From an uncultured bacterium (lineage in GTDB: Bacteria; Desulfobacterota; Deferrimicrobia; Deferrimicrobiales; Deferrimicrobiaceae), in NCBI GenBank assembly GCA_964612075.1, contig CAZTFC010000002.1, positions 23,576-87,575 on the forward strand: DNA of 64,000 bases. The letters are read 5' to 3'. This document shows positions 18,736-30,559 of this stretch, one piece after another. The first letter of the stretch is position 1. Each line of letters begins with the position of its first letter. The notes below the pieces were generated by a model, which made no database searches, was not told the DNA's origin, and was given only the letters and a program-made list of their open reading frames with translations. A program made the position numbers and the translations under genes.

Positions 18736-19875
18736 TTGAGCCTGTTCCTGCTGACCTTCCTGCTGGTCTACGGATCCGTGCACGCGTACGTCTTCCTGAA
18801 GGCGAAGTCCGCGCTCGCCTTCGGCTGGGGGGCGGGGCTGCCGCTCCTCGCGGTCCTTTCGCTCCTCGTGGCCGCGCCGATCCTCACGCACCTGCTGGCG
18901 CGCGAGGGGCACGAAAGCGAGGCCCGGCTGCTCGCCTTCGCGGGATATGCCTGGATGGGGTTCGTCTTCTTCCTCTTCTGGCTGAGCCTCGCCGCGGACG
19001 CCTTGCGCTTCCTTTCCTGGGCCGCGGGTCGCGCGGGCATTCCCGGGCCCGATGCGTCGATCCTCGGCGGCAAGGCCGCGTTTCTCGGCGCCGCGGGGCT
19101 GGCGCTCGCCCTGTCGGCGTACGCGACCTTCGAGGCCTCGCGCATCGAGGTGGTGCGCGTGCGGATCGCCACGGACCGGCTCCCGCCGGAGATCCGCCCG
19201 GTGCGGATCGCCCAGATCTCCGACCTCCACCTCGGCCTCCTCCACCGCAACGGGAAAGCGAGCCGGGTCGCCGCGATCGTCGCCCGCGAGCGCCCGGACA
19301 TCCTCGTCTCCACGGGAGACCTGGTGGACGGGGAGCTCGACCATATCAACGGGTTGTCGGAGACCTTCCGGAACCTCCACGCGCCGATGGGGAAATACGC
19401 CGTCACCGGCAACCACGAATACTACCGGGGGCTGCGGCAGTCGATCGAATTCACCCGGAAGGCCGGGTTCACGGTCTTGAGGAACGAGTCCGCCGTCGCC
19501 GGCGGCGCGGTCCGGATCGTCGGCGTGGACGACCCGGCCCAGGACCGGCTCGGGGACCGCGGCAGGCCCGCCGAGGCCGACGTGCTGGGAGACCGCGCGG
19601 ACGGCCGGTTCACGGTCCTCCTGAAGCACCGCCCGACGATCGACCCGGGATCGGCGGGGAAGTTCGACCTGCAGCTTTCCGGGCACACCCACCACGGGCA
19701 GATTTTCCCGTTCCAACTCCTCACGCGGCTGGTCTATCCTCTTCTTGGGGGGGACCACGTCGTGCCGGGCGGCGGGACGCTCCACGTCAGCCGAGGGACG
19801 GGGACCTGGGGGCCGCCGATGCGCCTGCTCGCCCGGCCGGAGATCACGATCATCGACCTGGAGGGATCCCGATGA
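18736..19875 (+). CDS. membrane-anchored metallophosphoesterase (calcineurin-like)
   Basis: TTG start; five N-terminal TM helices then MPP motifs (DLHLG, GDLVDG, GNHEY, GHTHHGQ). Confidence 0.8.
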   Translation: MSLFLLTFLLVYGSVHAYVFLKAKSALAFGWGAGLPLLAVLSLLVAAPILTHLLAREGHESEARLLAFAGYAWMGFVFFLFWLSLAADALRFLSWAAGRAGIPGPDASILGGKAAFLGAAGLALALSAYATFEASRIEVVRVRIATDRLPPEIRPVRIAQISDLHLGLLHRNGKASRVAAIVARERPDILVSTGDLVDGELDHINGLSETFRNLHAPMGKYAVTGNHEYYRGLRQSIEFTRKAGFTVLRNESAVAGGAVRIVGVDDPAQDRLGDRGRPAEADVLGDRADGRFTVLLKHRPTIDPGSAGKFDLQLSGHTHHGQIFPFQLLTRLVYPLLGGDHVVPGGGTLHVSRGTGTWGPPMRLLARPEITIIDLEGSR

Positions 19876-20705
19876 GACCGTTCCTCTTCGTCACCGATCT
19901 GCACGGCCACCGGAAGAAGTACGAGCGGACCCTCTCGCATGCGCAGCAGGTCGGCGCCGGACTCGTGGTCAACGGGGGCGACATCTGCCCCTCCGGGCAC
20001 CGGCACGAGGACCAGAAGCGGTTCTACGAGGAATTCCTGGGACCCCACCTCGCCCGGTACCAGGAGGCGGGGATCCGGTACCTCACGCTCACGGGCAACG
20101 ACGACCTGGAAGCTTTCGACGGGCTCCTCGAAGCGATCTGCGGAAAAACGCCGATCGCGACGCACCTCTCCCGTCGGATGGTCGAGGTCGACGGGTTCCA
20201 TTTCATCGGACTGGACCTGGTGACCGATTTCCCGTTCCGTCTGAAGGACCGCGCACGGAAGGACTCGGCGGGGCACGTCTTCGGGAGCCAGTTCGGCCGC
20301 GGCGTCCTCTCCACGCCCGACGGCTTCCGGGAGATCCCCGACTGGCCGGCATACGCCGGAACGCTGCCCACCATCGAGCAGGAGCTCGATGCGCTCCCCG
20401 CTCCGCCGGACCCGGCGCGGGCGGTGTACGTCCTCCACGGCCCCCCGTCCGGCGCCGGGCTCGACAGGATCCGCGGCGGCGCGGGCGTCGGCTCCGCCGC
20501 GACGCGCGACTTCCTTTCCCGCGTCCAGCCGCTTCTGTCCCTCCACGGCCACATCCATGAATCGTTCGAGGAATCCGGGGTGTGGAAGACGAAGATCGGT
20601 CGCACCGTCTGCATCCAGCCGGGGCAATCGGCGGAGGAGCTCGTCGTCGTGACCGGGAGCCTCGACGACATGTCCTTCCAGCGGAAGCTGCTCCCGGTCA
20701 GGTAG
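19872..20705 (+). CDS. metallophosphoesterase family protein
   Basis: ATGA overlap with the upstream gene; FVTDLHGH ... GGDICPSG ... LHGHIHESF phosphoesterase motifs. Confidence 0.8.
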   Translation: MRPFLFVTDLHGHRKKYERTLSHAQQVGAGLVVNGGDICPSGHRHEDQKRFYEEFLGPHLARYQEAGIRYLTLTGNDDLEAFDGLLEAICGKTPIATHLSRRMVEVDGFHFIGLDLVTDFPFRLKDRARKDSAGHVFGSQFGRGVLSTPDGFREIPDWPAYAGTLPTIEQELDALPAPPDPARAVYVLHGPPSGAGLDRIRGGAGVGSAATRDFLSRVQPLLSLHGHIHESFEESGVWKTKIGRTVCIQPGQSAEELVVVTGSLDDMSFQRKLLPVR

Positions 20706-20713
20706 GCGCCCCG

Positions 20714-21910
20714 TTGCGGAAAGGGAACGACCGCGGGAACGCGCATCGGCCGGCCCCTTCGGCGCGGGCCGCGGGGGTCACGATCCCCATCATACCGACC
20801 GTCGCGGGATGGACCGCCGAGACCCCCGGGACGATCTCCCTGGGGCAGGGCGTGGTCCATTACGGGCCGCCCCGCGCCGCGCTCGACGCGATCCCCGGCT
20901 TCCTCGCCGGCTTCCCCCACCACCGGTACGTTCCCGACGCGGGGCTGCCCGAGCTGCGCAAGGCGTTCGAGGAGAAGCTGAAAGAGGAAAACGGGATCGA
21001 CGCCCCCCACGAGCGGCGGATCTACGTGACGGCGGGGGCGAACCAGGGGTTCCTCAACGCGATACTCGCCGTCTGCGACCCCGGCGACGAGGTGATCCTT
21101 CCCGTCCCCTACTATTTCAACCACGAGATGGCGATCCGCCTCGCCTCCGCCGTGCCGGTCGGCGTGCCGACGGACGACCGGCTCCAGCCGGACCCGGCCG
21201 CGATCGAGGCGGCGATCACGGAGCGTACCCGCGCCGTCGTCACCGTATCGCCGAACAACCCCACCGGCGCGGTCTACCCCGAGGAAACGCTCGCCGCGAT
21301 CCACCGGCTGTGCGGCGAACGCGGGATATACCACATCAGCGACGAGGCGTACGAGTACTTCACCTACGACGGCGCGCGCCACTTCTCCCCCGGGTCGCTG
21401 GGCGGCGAGCACTCCATCTCCCTCTACAGCTTCTCGAAATCCTACGGTATGGCGAGCTGGCGCGTGGGGGTCCTCGTCGCGCCGGAGCACCTGTACGACG
21501 ACCTGATGAAGATCCAGGACACCGTGGTTGTCTGCGCGCCCGCCGTCTCGCAGCACCTGGCGCTGCATTCGATGAGGGAAGGGCGGGGGCACTGCGCTTC
21601 GCACCTTGCGGGCCTTTCCCGGGTCCGCCGGCTGCTGCTCGACCGCCTCGAGGGGATCCCCGGCCTGGTGACCGTCCCGCCGGCCCGCGGCGCCTTCTAC
21701 CTCTTCGCCCGGGTGAACACGGACATGCCCGCGATGCGGCTTTCGGAGCGGCTGGTGCGGGAGCACAAGGTCACCGTCACCCCGGGGGAGACGTTCGGGG
21801 CCACGGACGGCTGCTGGATGCGGATCTCCTACGGAAGCCTGCGGGAAGAAACCGCCTCCGAGGGGATCGGCCGCCTGGTCGGCGGGCTCAAGGCGATCCT
21901 CGGCCGCTGA
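20714..21910 (+). CDS. PLP-dependent aminotransferase (class I/II)
   Basis: Motifs NNPTG, SFSKSYGMASWRVG (PLP-Lys), VSPNNPTGAVY. The start is uncertain; TTG 20714 is the first in-frame start after the upstream stop. Confidence 0.82.
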   Translation: MRKGNDRGNAHRPAPSARAAGVTIPIIPTVAGWTAETPGTISLGQGVVHYGPPRAALDAIPGFLAGFPHHRYVPDAGLPELRKAFEEKLKEENGIDAPHERRIYVTAGANQGFLNAILAVCDPGDEVILPVPYYFNHEMAIRLASAVPVGVPTDDRLQPDPAAIEAAITERTRAVVTVSPNNPTGAVYPEETLAAIHRLCGERGIYHISDEAYEYFTYDGARHFSPGSLGGEHSISLYSFSKSYGMASWRVGVLVAPEHLYDDLMKIQDTVVVCAPAVSQHLALHSMREGRGHCASHLAGLSRVRRLLLDRLEGIPGLVTVPPARGAFYLFARVNTDMPAMRLSERLVREHKVTVTPGETFGATDGCWMRISYGSLREETASEGIGRLVGGLKAILGR

Positions 21911-21981
21911 CCCGGCGACCTTCCGGGGAAGGCCGTTGCGTGTACAATGCAGTATCCAGACGCATGGTTCCCGGAGGAACG

Positions 21982-22758
21982 ATGGGACGCACGACCTTCG
22001 CCGCCCTTTCCTTATTCCTGGTGACCGCCGTGGCGGCCCCGGATCGCGCGTGGTCCTTCGGGAACGGCGACCCCGCGAGGAATTCCTGCGCCGCCTGCCA
22101 CACCCTCTCCCGGGATGAGGCGGCCGCGCTCCTGCGGGGGATCGCGGACAACGTCACGGGGGTCTCCCCCGGCCCGTTCCAGGGGACCTGGGAAGTGGAC
22201 GTCTCGATCGAGGGCAAGATCTACCCTCTCTACGTGGACTACTCGAGGAAATACCTGATCCAGGGGCAGCTCATCCGCCTTAAGGACGGCGAGAACATCA
22301 GCCGGGCCCGCTTCTCCGACCTGAACCGGGTAGACGTCTCATCCATCCCGTTGAAGGACGCCATCGTCCTGGGGAACGCGTCTTCGAAGCGGCGGGTCAT
22401 CGTCCTGACCGATCCCTCCTGCCCGTATTGCGTCCGGCTGCACGAGGCGATCAAGGAGGCGGTTCGCAAGGACCCGGAAGCGGCGTTCTACGTCATGCCG
22501 TACCCGCGCAACCCGGGCGACAGGCTCACCTACGAGAGAAGCCTGGCGGCGGTGTGCGACAAGACGGGAAAGGTCCTTGACGACGCATTCGCCGGGAAGA
22601 AGGTCCCGCCCCCGACCTGCCAGAGCGACGCGGTGGACGAGACGATCCGGCTGGCCGAACGGCTCCGCACCCAGGGGACTCCGTCCATGATCCTGCCGGA
22701 CGGACGCATCGTCACCGGGGCCATGGGGGCCGACGCGCTGCTTGCCCTGACCCGGTAG
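21982..22758 (+). CDS. DsbC/DsbG-like periplasmic thiol:disulfide interchange protein with an N-terminal CxxCH motif
   Basis: GGAGG RBS; signal peptide; DsbC N-domain (KYLIQGQLI); thioredoxin fold with CPYC. The extra CAACH lies just after the signal peptide. Confidence 0.8.
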   Translation: MGRTTFAALSLFLVTAVAAPDRAWSFGNGDPARNSCAACHTLSRDEAAALLRGIADNVTGVSPGPFQGTWEVDVSIEGKIYPLYVDYSRKYLIQGQLIRLKDGENISRARFSDLNRVDVSSIPLKDAIVLGNASSKRRVIVLTDPSCPYCVRLHEAIKEAVRKDPEAAFYVMPYPRNPGDRLTYERSLAAVCDKTGKVLDDAFAGKKVPPPTCQSDAVDETIRLAERLRTQGTPSMILPDGRIVTGAMGADALLALTR

Positions 22759-23006
22759 CCGCGGCGGAAAGAGTATAGACTCCATTAAAAATTACATGAG
22801 TGTTATTCATTCCGTTGCCCGGAAAGATCTGTATCGGCTGATTTCCGCCCGAATATAACACCTCCCTTTTTTTGCCGGCCTGTTTTTTCATTGTAATCCG
22901 ATTATATAGCCCTCCGTCGTTCGCAGGAATCAGTCTCGGCACGATTATTGATTCAGTGGACCGGCAAGGATCCTTTGCAGGGAAGCGAAGGACCGGGAGG
23001 GACGAG

Positions 23007-23444
23007 ATGATTCGACTGGGGACCTTGAAACTCTTCTTGGGGCTGCTCGCGATCGCGACGATCTTCGCCGCCTGCGGCGGCGGAGGCGCGGAATCCCAGG
23101 CCACGGGATCGCCCTCCAGCTCCATACTGCTGTCCTGGGACGCCCCGGACGCCACCATCGACAACACGGCCATCGACCCGTACGAGGAGCTCGACCATTA
23201 CGAAATATACGTCGGCACGGACGCGCTCTTCTCGGAAGAAGACACCCCGGCGGCCGTCGTTTCCGCGGTCGAGGACATCCTCTCCGACAACGGGCAGATC
23301 GACAGGGAACTGGTCACCGACTTCGACCTGGCCCTTCTCGGGGGCCTTCCTTCGGCAACCCAACTCTACGTCACGCTGAGAGCGGTTGGGATCGACGGTC
23401 AGAAGTCCGATTTCATGGAACCGGTCATCTGGACCCGGTCGTAA
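23007..23444 (+). CDS. small lipoprotein with an FN3-like domain
   Basis: GGAGGG RBS; signal plus Cys (IFAACGGGG); SWDAP...YEIYVG FN3-like pattern; GC (~60%) below the genome background. Confidence 0.65.
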   Translation: MIRLGTLKLFLGLLAIATIFAACGGGGAESQATGSPSSSILLSWDAPDATIDNTAIDPYEELDHYEIYVGTDALFSEEDTPAAVVSAVEDILSDNGQIDRELVTDFDLALLGGLPSATQLYVTLRAVGIDGQKSDFMEPVIWTRS

Positions 23445-23468
23445 GGCATTCCAAGGAGAAAAAAGATC

Positions 23469-25052
23469 ATGAAGAGAACCGCCACCATCGGACTTCTGGC
23501 CCTGGGAATCTTCCTGGGCGCATGCGTGATCGCCTCCGCGGCGACCCATACCATAAGCTGGGCCCCCGCGACCACCTATACGGACGGCACAACGATCAGC
23601 GGTGCGACGGTCACCTACTCGCTGTACTGGTCCACGAGCTCCTCCCTGTCGTCCGTGAACACCATCGCGACCGGGCTTTCCGGAACCTCCTACGTCTTCG
23701 ACCCGTCCGCACTGGGGATGACCGCGGGCGGCACGGTCTACTTCGCCATGAAGACGGCATTGAGCACCGGCGCGGTATCGAGCTACTCCTCCGCCCAGTC
23801 GTGGACCGTCCCCGCGAAGACCCTGAGCGGCATCTCCATCGGCGGGGCGTCATCCGTCAATGAAGGAACCACGAGCGCCTACACCGCCACGGCAACGTGG
23901 AGCGACGGCTCGACGACCTCCGTCACGCCGGCCTGGAGCCTTTCCTCCACGTCGTACGCCTCCATCAACAGCTCCGGCGCGCTGACCGCCGGGTCCGTCA
24001 CCGCGAACCAGACCGTCACCGTCAACGCGAGCTACACCAGCGGCGGCGTCACCCGGACCGCAGCCAAGTCCGTCACCGTCGCGAACGTGGCGGCGGCCCT
24101 GAGCGGCATCGTCATCAACGGCGCCTCGTCCGTCAACGAGGGGACGACCAGCACGTACACCGTCTCCGCCGCCTGGAGCGACGGGACCTCGACCACCGTC
24201 ACGCCGTCCTGGGGCGTATCCGGCACGACGTACGCCTCCATCAACAGCTCCGGCGTTCTGACGGCCGCGTCGGTCGCCGCGAACCAGACCGTCACCGTCT
24301 CCGCCAGCTACACCAGCGGCGGGATCACGAAAGCCGCGACCAAAACCGTCACCATCGCGAACGTGACGGCCACCCTGGCCGGCATCACCATCGGCGGGGC
24401 GGCTTCCGTCAACGAAGGGGCCACGGCCCTCTACACCGCGACGGCCTCTTGGAGCGACGGCACCACGTCCTCCGTCGCGCCGACCTGGAGTCTCTCCGGC
24501 ACCGCGTACGCCGCCATCAACAGCGTCGGCGTCCTGACCGCCGGATCGGTTTCCGCAAACCAGACCGTCACCGTGAACGCGAGCTACGCCGCGGGAGGAA
24601 CCACCAAGACCGCCTCCAAGTCCGTCGTCGTGGTCGACATGGAACACCCCGACCCGGCGACGGCAAGAAATCTCCGGATCAGCAAGCCGGACACGCTCGC
24701 ACAGGACACATGGAGACTCTCCTGGGACGCCGTGACGACCTACTCGAACGGCGGGGAGCTCGAAGCCGGCGCCACCGTCCTGTATAACGTGTACTGGTCA
24801 CGCGATCCTTCGCTCGCGGCGGAAAACCTGGTCCTGCTGACGACGTCGACCACCGCCACGCAAGTCGACTTCCAGCCGCTGTCCCTGGGGATGGTCCAGC
24901 AGGAAAGGGTCTACTTCGCCCTGCGGACGATCCTCGGCTCCGCCGACCAGTCCGCCCTCTCCGGCTGCCTGACGTGGCGGGTGCTGAACCGGGGGCCGGT
25001 CGCCCCGGCCAAGGGCAAGATCGGGCTGAAGACGATCGTCTCCAGGAACTAG
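23469..25052 (+). CDS. cell-surface lipoprotein: FN3-like, three tandem Big_2-like Ig domains, FN3-like
   Basis: Lipobox FLGAC; three 92-aa near-identical repeats (LSGISIGGASSVNEGTTSAYTATATWSDG...ANQTVTVNASYTSGG); followed by a strong terminator. Confidence 0.82.
   Translation: MKRTATIGLLALGIFLGACVIASAATHTISWAPATTYTDGTTISGATVTYSLYWSTSSSLSSVNTIATGLSGTSYVFDPSALGMTAGGTVYFAMKTALSTGAVSSYSSAQSWTVPAKTLSGISIGGASSVNEGTTSAYTATATWSDGSTTSVTPAWSLSSTSYASINSSGALTAGSVTANQTVTVNASYTSGGVTRTAAKSVTVANVAAALSGIVINGASSVNEGTTSTYTVSAAWSDGTSTTVTPSWGVSGTTYASINSSGVLTAASVAANQTVTVSASYTSGGITKAATKTVTIANVTATLAGITIGGAASVNEGATALYTATASWSDGTTSSVAPTWSLSGTAYAAINSVGVLTAGSVSANQTVTVNASYAAGGTTKTASKSVVVVDMEHPDPATARNLRISKPDTLAQDTWRLSWDAVTTYSNGGELEAGATVLYNVYWSRDPSLAAENLVLLTTSTTATQVDFQPLSLGMVQQERVYFALRTILGSADQSALSGCLTWRVLNRGPVAPAKGKIGLKTIVSRN
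23823..24638 (+). repeat. intragenic tandem DNA repeat, about 3 x 276 bp, encoding the Big_2-like domains
   Basis: Three consecutive 92-codon units with roughly 75-80% protein identity, read directly from the translation. Confidence 0.85.
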
Positions 25053-25070
25053 CCGGGACGACCCCCCGGC

Positions 25071-25102
25071 CAGACCCCAAGGGGGCGCCGCCCGTCGGCG
25101 CC
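25071..25102 (+). terminator. rho-independent terminator after the lipoprotein operon
   Basis: GGGGGCGCCG-cccgt-CGGCGCCCCC stem followed by TTTTTTT. Confidence 0.7.
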
Positions 25103-25280
25103 CCCTTTTTTTAGGCCGCCGGCGGCCAACCGCGCACCGTTCCCGCGAATCGACCGCTTCGGCCTCTTTTCATCCTTGACACGCAGTGGTCCCAACGTGG
25201 AAAATTGTTGTTAGAATCTTAGAAGGCGAAATAATCTCCGTATTTTCCCGGGAAACCGGTCAGGAAGAAAAGGAGGCGGC

Positions 25281-25772
25281 ATGTACAAGAACATTCTATT
25301 GCCTACGGACGGATTGGGTAAGTGTGCTTTCGGCACCTGTCACGGGGTTTTGCTTGCGAAGGATCTCAAGGCGAAGATAACGGCCGTCTGCGTGACGGAC
25401 AAGCTTTCCGCGAAGGAAATCCTGAAGGCCTATCCCGGCTACGAGAACTGGTCGATTTCGGATGGTGCGCGTGCGAAAGACGCCTTGGCGCAGGCGGAGG
25501 AAGCGAAGAAGGAGCTGGCGGAAAAGGCGCTGGGCGTGGCGGAGAAGATGTGCTCCGAGAACAACGTACCCTGCGACAAAGTGCATCTTCCCGGCGAGGA
25601 CCCGGTGGACGGCATCCTGCAGGTGGCCAAAGACCACAAGTGCGACCTGATCTTCCTCTCCACTCACGGCAACCCGGGGATCCTGGGGACGCTGTTCGGG
25701 ACCGTGGCGAAAAAGGTCCTTTCCCACTCGAAGGTCCCCGTCCTCATCCATCATTGCGGCGGCCCGAAATAA
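25281..25772 (+). CDS. universal stress protein (UspA-fold), cysteine-rich variant
   Basis: 163 aa; MYKNILLPTDGLGKCAFGTCHG...STHGNPGILGTLFGTVAKKVL...HHCGGPK; paralog of 42616-43107. Confidence 0.85.
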   Translation: MYKNILLPTDGLGKCAFGTCHGVLLAKDLKAKITAVCVTDKLSAKEILKAYPGYENWSISDGARAKDALAQAEEAKKELAEKALGVAEKMCSENNVPCDKVHLPGEDPVDGILQVAKDHKCDLIFLSTHGNPGILGTLFGTVAKKVLSHSKVPVLIHHCGGPK

Positions 25773-25802
25773 GGGCGACGCCACCCCGAATAAGAAAGCA
25801 AA

Positions 25803-25840
25803 GCGGCTCGCGGCCGGCATCCGGCCGCGAGCCGTTTTTT
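25803..25840 (+). terminator. rho-independent terminator after the USP gene
   Basis: GCGGCTCGCGGCCGG-cat-CCGGCCGCGAGCCG stem followed by TTTTTT. Confidence 0.65.
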
Positions 25841-25887
25841 CCGCACCGTTCCCGCGTTCCGAAGAACCCCGCATCGAGGAGACGCGC

Positions 25888-27678
25888 ATGAAGCCCGACG
25901 ACTACAGGGATGTCCTCAGCATCCTGGCCGGCCCGGCCCCGGACGTCTGCAACACACGTCCCGTCGTCATGGGCACACACGGGATGGTCGCCTCCGGGCA
26001 TTACCTCGCCAGCCGCATCGGGCTGCACATCCTCGAAGAGGGCGGCAACGCAGTCGATGCCGGCGTGGCGACGGGATTCGCCCTGGCCGTACTGGAACCC
26101 TACATCTACGGCATCGGCGGGGAGGTGCCGATCCTCGTCTACCTGGCGAACGAAAAGAGGGTCGTCTGCCTTTCCGGGCAGGGGCCCGCCCCGCGCAACG
26201 CGACGATCGAGTGGTTCCTCAAGGAAGGGATCGACGCCATTCCCGGCGACGGCCTTCTCGCCACCGCCGTTCCCGACGCCCTCTCGACGTGGATCTCCGC
26301 CCTGTCCCGCTTCGGGACCATGCGGCTCGCGCAGGTCCTCGACCCGGTCATCGAGCTTGCCGAGAAGGGCTTCCCCATGTTCGACCGGCTACGGTCGGCG
26401 CTGGAAGTCAGCAGCGCGCAGTTCCTCGAAAGCTGGCCCACCTCCGCGAAGGCCTACCTCCCCGGAGGCCGCGTGCCGGAAGTAGGGGAAATCTTCGTCC
26501 AGGCCGACCTGGGACGCATGTTCGCAAGGCTCGCGGAAGCGGAGCACCGGGAAAGGAGACGGGGCCGGCGGGAAGCGCTGCAGGCCGCCCACGACCTGTT
26601 TTATAAGGGAGAAATAGCGGAACGGATCATCGATTTCGTTCGGAACCGTCGGTTCCCCGACTCCACCGGGAAACTCAGCGGCGGGCTCCTCGTCAAGGAG
26701 GACCTGGCGGCCTACGCGACGCGCGTCGAGGATCCCGTTTCCGTGGACTACAGGGGATACGAAATCTTCAAGTGCGGCCCCTGGTCCCAGGGCCCGGTCT
26801 TCCTGCAGCAGCTGCGCATCCTCGAAGGATACGACCTCGCCGCGCTTGGGCACAACTCCCCCGAGTACATCCACCTGCTGATCGAGACGGCCAAGCTGGC
26901 GTTCGCCGACCGGGAGGAATATTACGGCGACCCGGACTTCGGCGAGGTCCCGCTGGAGCGGCTGCTCTCCAGGGAATACGCGGAGGCGCGCAGGAAGCTG
27001 ATCGACCCGGAGCGCGCCTCCATGGAGCTGCGTCCCGGCGACGCCCCGTCCCGGGTTCCGAGGGAACGGGTTGGCGGGAACCCCATCCACAAGGGGGACA
27101 CAACCCACCTGGACACCGCGGACCGGTGGGGCAACCTGATGTCCGCGACGCCTTCCGGCGGCTGGTTCCGCAGCTCGCCCGTGATCGAGGGGCTCGGTTT
27201 CCCGCTGGGGACGCGGCTTCAGATGTTCACGCTCGACCCGGGCCACGCGAACTCGCTGCGGCCGGGAAAGCGCCCCCGCACGACGCTCACGCCGTCGCTC
27301 GCGCTGCGCGGCGGAAGGCCGTTCATGGCGTTCGGCACGCCGGGCGCGGACCAGCAGGACCAGTGGTCGCTGCAGTTTTTCCTGAACTGCGTCGATTTCG
27401 GGATGAACATGCAGGTCGCGGTGGACGCCCCCACGTTCCACTCCACCCATTTCCCGTCCTCCTTCCACCCGCACGACGCGAGCCCCGGGGCGATGCACGT
27501 CGAGAGCCGCATCCCGCAGGAGACGGTCTCCGCCCTCGAGGGAAAGGGGCACACGGTGAGGATCGACAAGGAGTGGAGCCACGGCCGGGTCTCGGGCGTC
27601 CGTTTCGACGCGGACAGCGGGGTGATGTACGGCGTGGTGACCGCACGCCTGGAAACCGGCTACGCGATGGGGTGGTAG
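25888..27678 (+). CDS. ggt: gamma-glutamyltranspeptidase family protein
   Basis: G_glu_transpept motifs (GTHGMVASGHYLAS, TTHLDTADRWGN, GTPGAD) across 596 aa. Confidence 0.9.
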   Translation: MKPDDYRDVLSILAGPAPDVCNTRPVVMGTHGMVASGHYLASRIGLHILEEGGNAVDAGVATGFALAVLEPYIYGIGGEVPILVYLANEKRVVCLSGQGPAPRNATIEWFLKEGIDAIPGDGLLATAVPDALSTWISALSRFGTMRLAQVLDPVIELAEKGFPMFDRLRSALEVSSAQFLESWPTSAKAYLPGGRVPEVGEIFVQADLGRMFARLAEAEHRERRRGRREALQAAHDLFYKGEIAERIIDFVRNRRFPDSTGKLSGGLLVKEDLAAYATRVEDPVSVDYRGYEIFKCGPWSQGPVFLQQLRILEGYDLAALGHNSPEYIHLLIETAKLAFADREEYYGDPDFGEVPLERLLSREYAEARRKLIDPERASMELRPGDAPSRVPRERVGGNPIHKGDTTHLDTADRWGNLMSATPSGGWFRSSPVIEGLGFPLGTRLQMFTLDPGHANSLRPGKRPRTTLTPSLALRGGRPFMAFGTPGADQQDQWSLQFFLNCVDFGMNMQVAVDAPTFHSTHFPSSFHPHDASPGAMHVESRIPQETVSALEGKGHTVRIDKEWSHGRVSGVRFDADSGVMYGVVTARLETGYAMGW

Positions 27679-27696
27679 GAACGCCGGAGGAAAAGC

Positions 27697-27731
27697 GAAG
27701 GGCTCCCCCCGGCAGCCGGGGGGAGCCCTTC
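27697..27731. terminator. bidirectional hairpin terminator between convergent ggt and ppdK
   Basis: Perfect palindrome GAAGGGCTCCCCCCGG-cagc-CGGGGGGAGCCCTTC. Confidence 0.7.
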
Positions 27732-27753
27732 GCGGACACGACGTCCGGGCGGA

Positions 27754-30417
<2,664 letters not shown>

Positions 30418-30488
30418 AACTGCCCTCCGAGAGGCATGTTTGGTATGCAGATGCCTATTATATGGAAATACGAAGGCAAAAGAAAATA

Positions 30489-30532
30489 GGGGCGAAAGGG
30501 CCCTTCCCCCCCGGGAAGCCCCCTTTCGCCCC
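30489..30532 (-). terminator. hairpin terminator downstream of terC (minus strand)
   Basis: GGGGCGAAAGGGCCCTTCC...GGAAGCCCCCTTTCGCCCC long imperfect stem with a T-rich tract on the minus strand. Confidence 0.5.
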
Positions 30533-30559
30533 GGAACCGAGAATGCCGAAGCGTGCGGA

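Noticed and set aside
20809-22758. 649-aa ORF covering the aminotransferase region and the DsbC-like gene
   Set aside because: Only the last ~260 codons (from 21982, with a GGAGG RBS and signal peptide) form a coherent DsbC-like protein. The upstream part is the out-of-frame shadow of the aminotransferase gene.
25170-25215. TTGACA hexamer at ~25176 as the -35 element of the USP promoter
   Set aside because: No acceptable -10 hexamer at 16-19 bp spacing was found (the nearest TAGAAT is ~30 bp away). It is mentioned only as a weak possibility.
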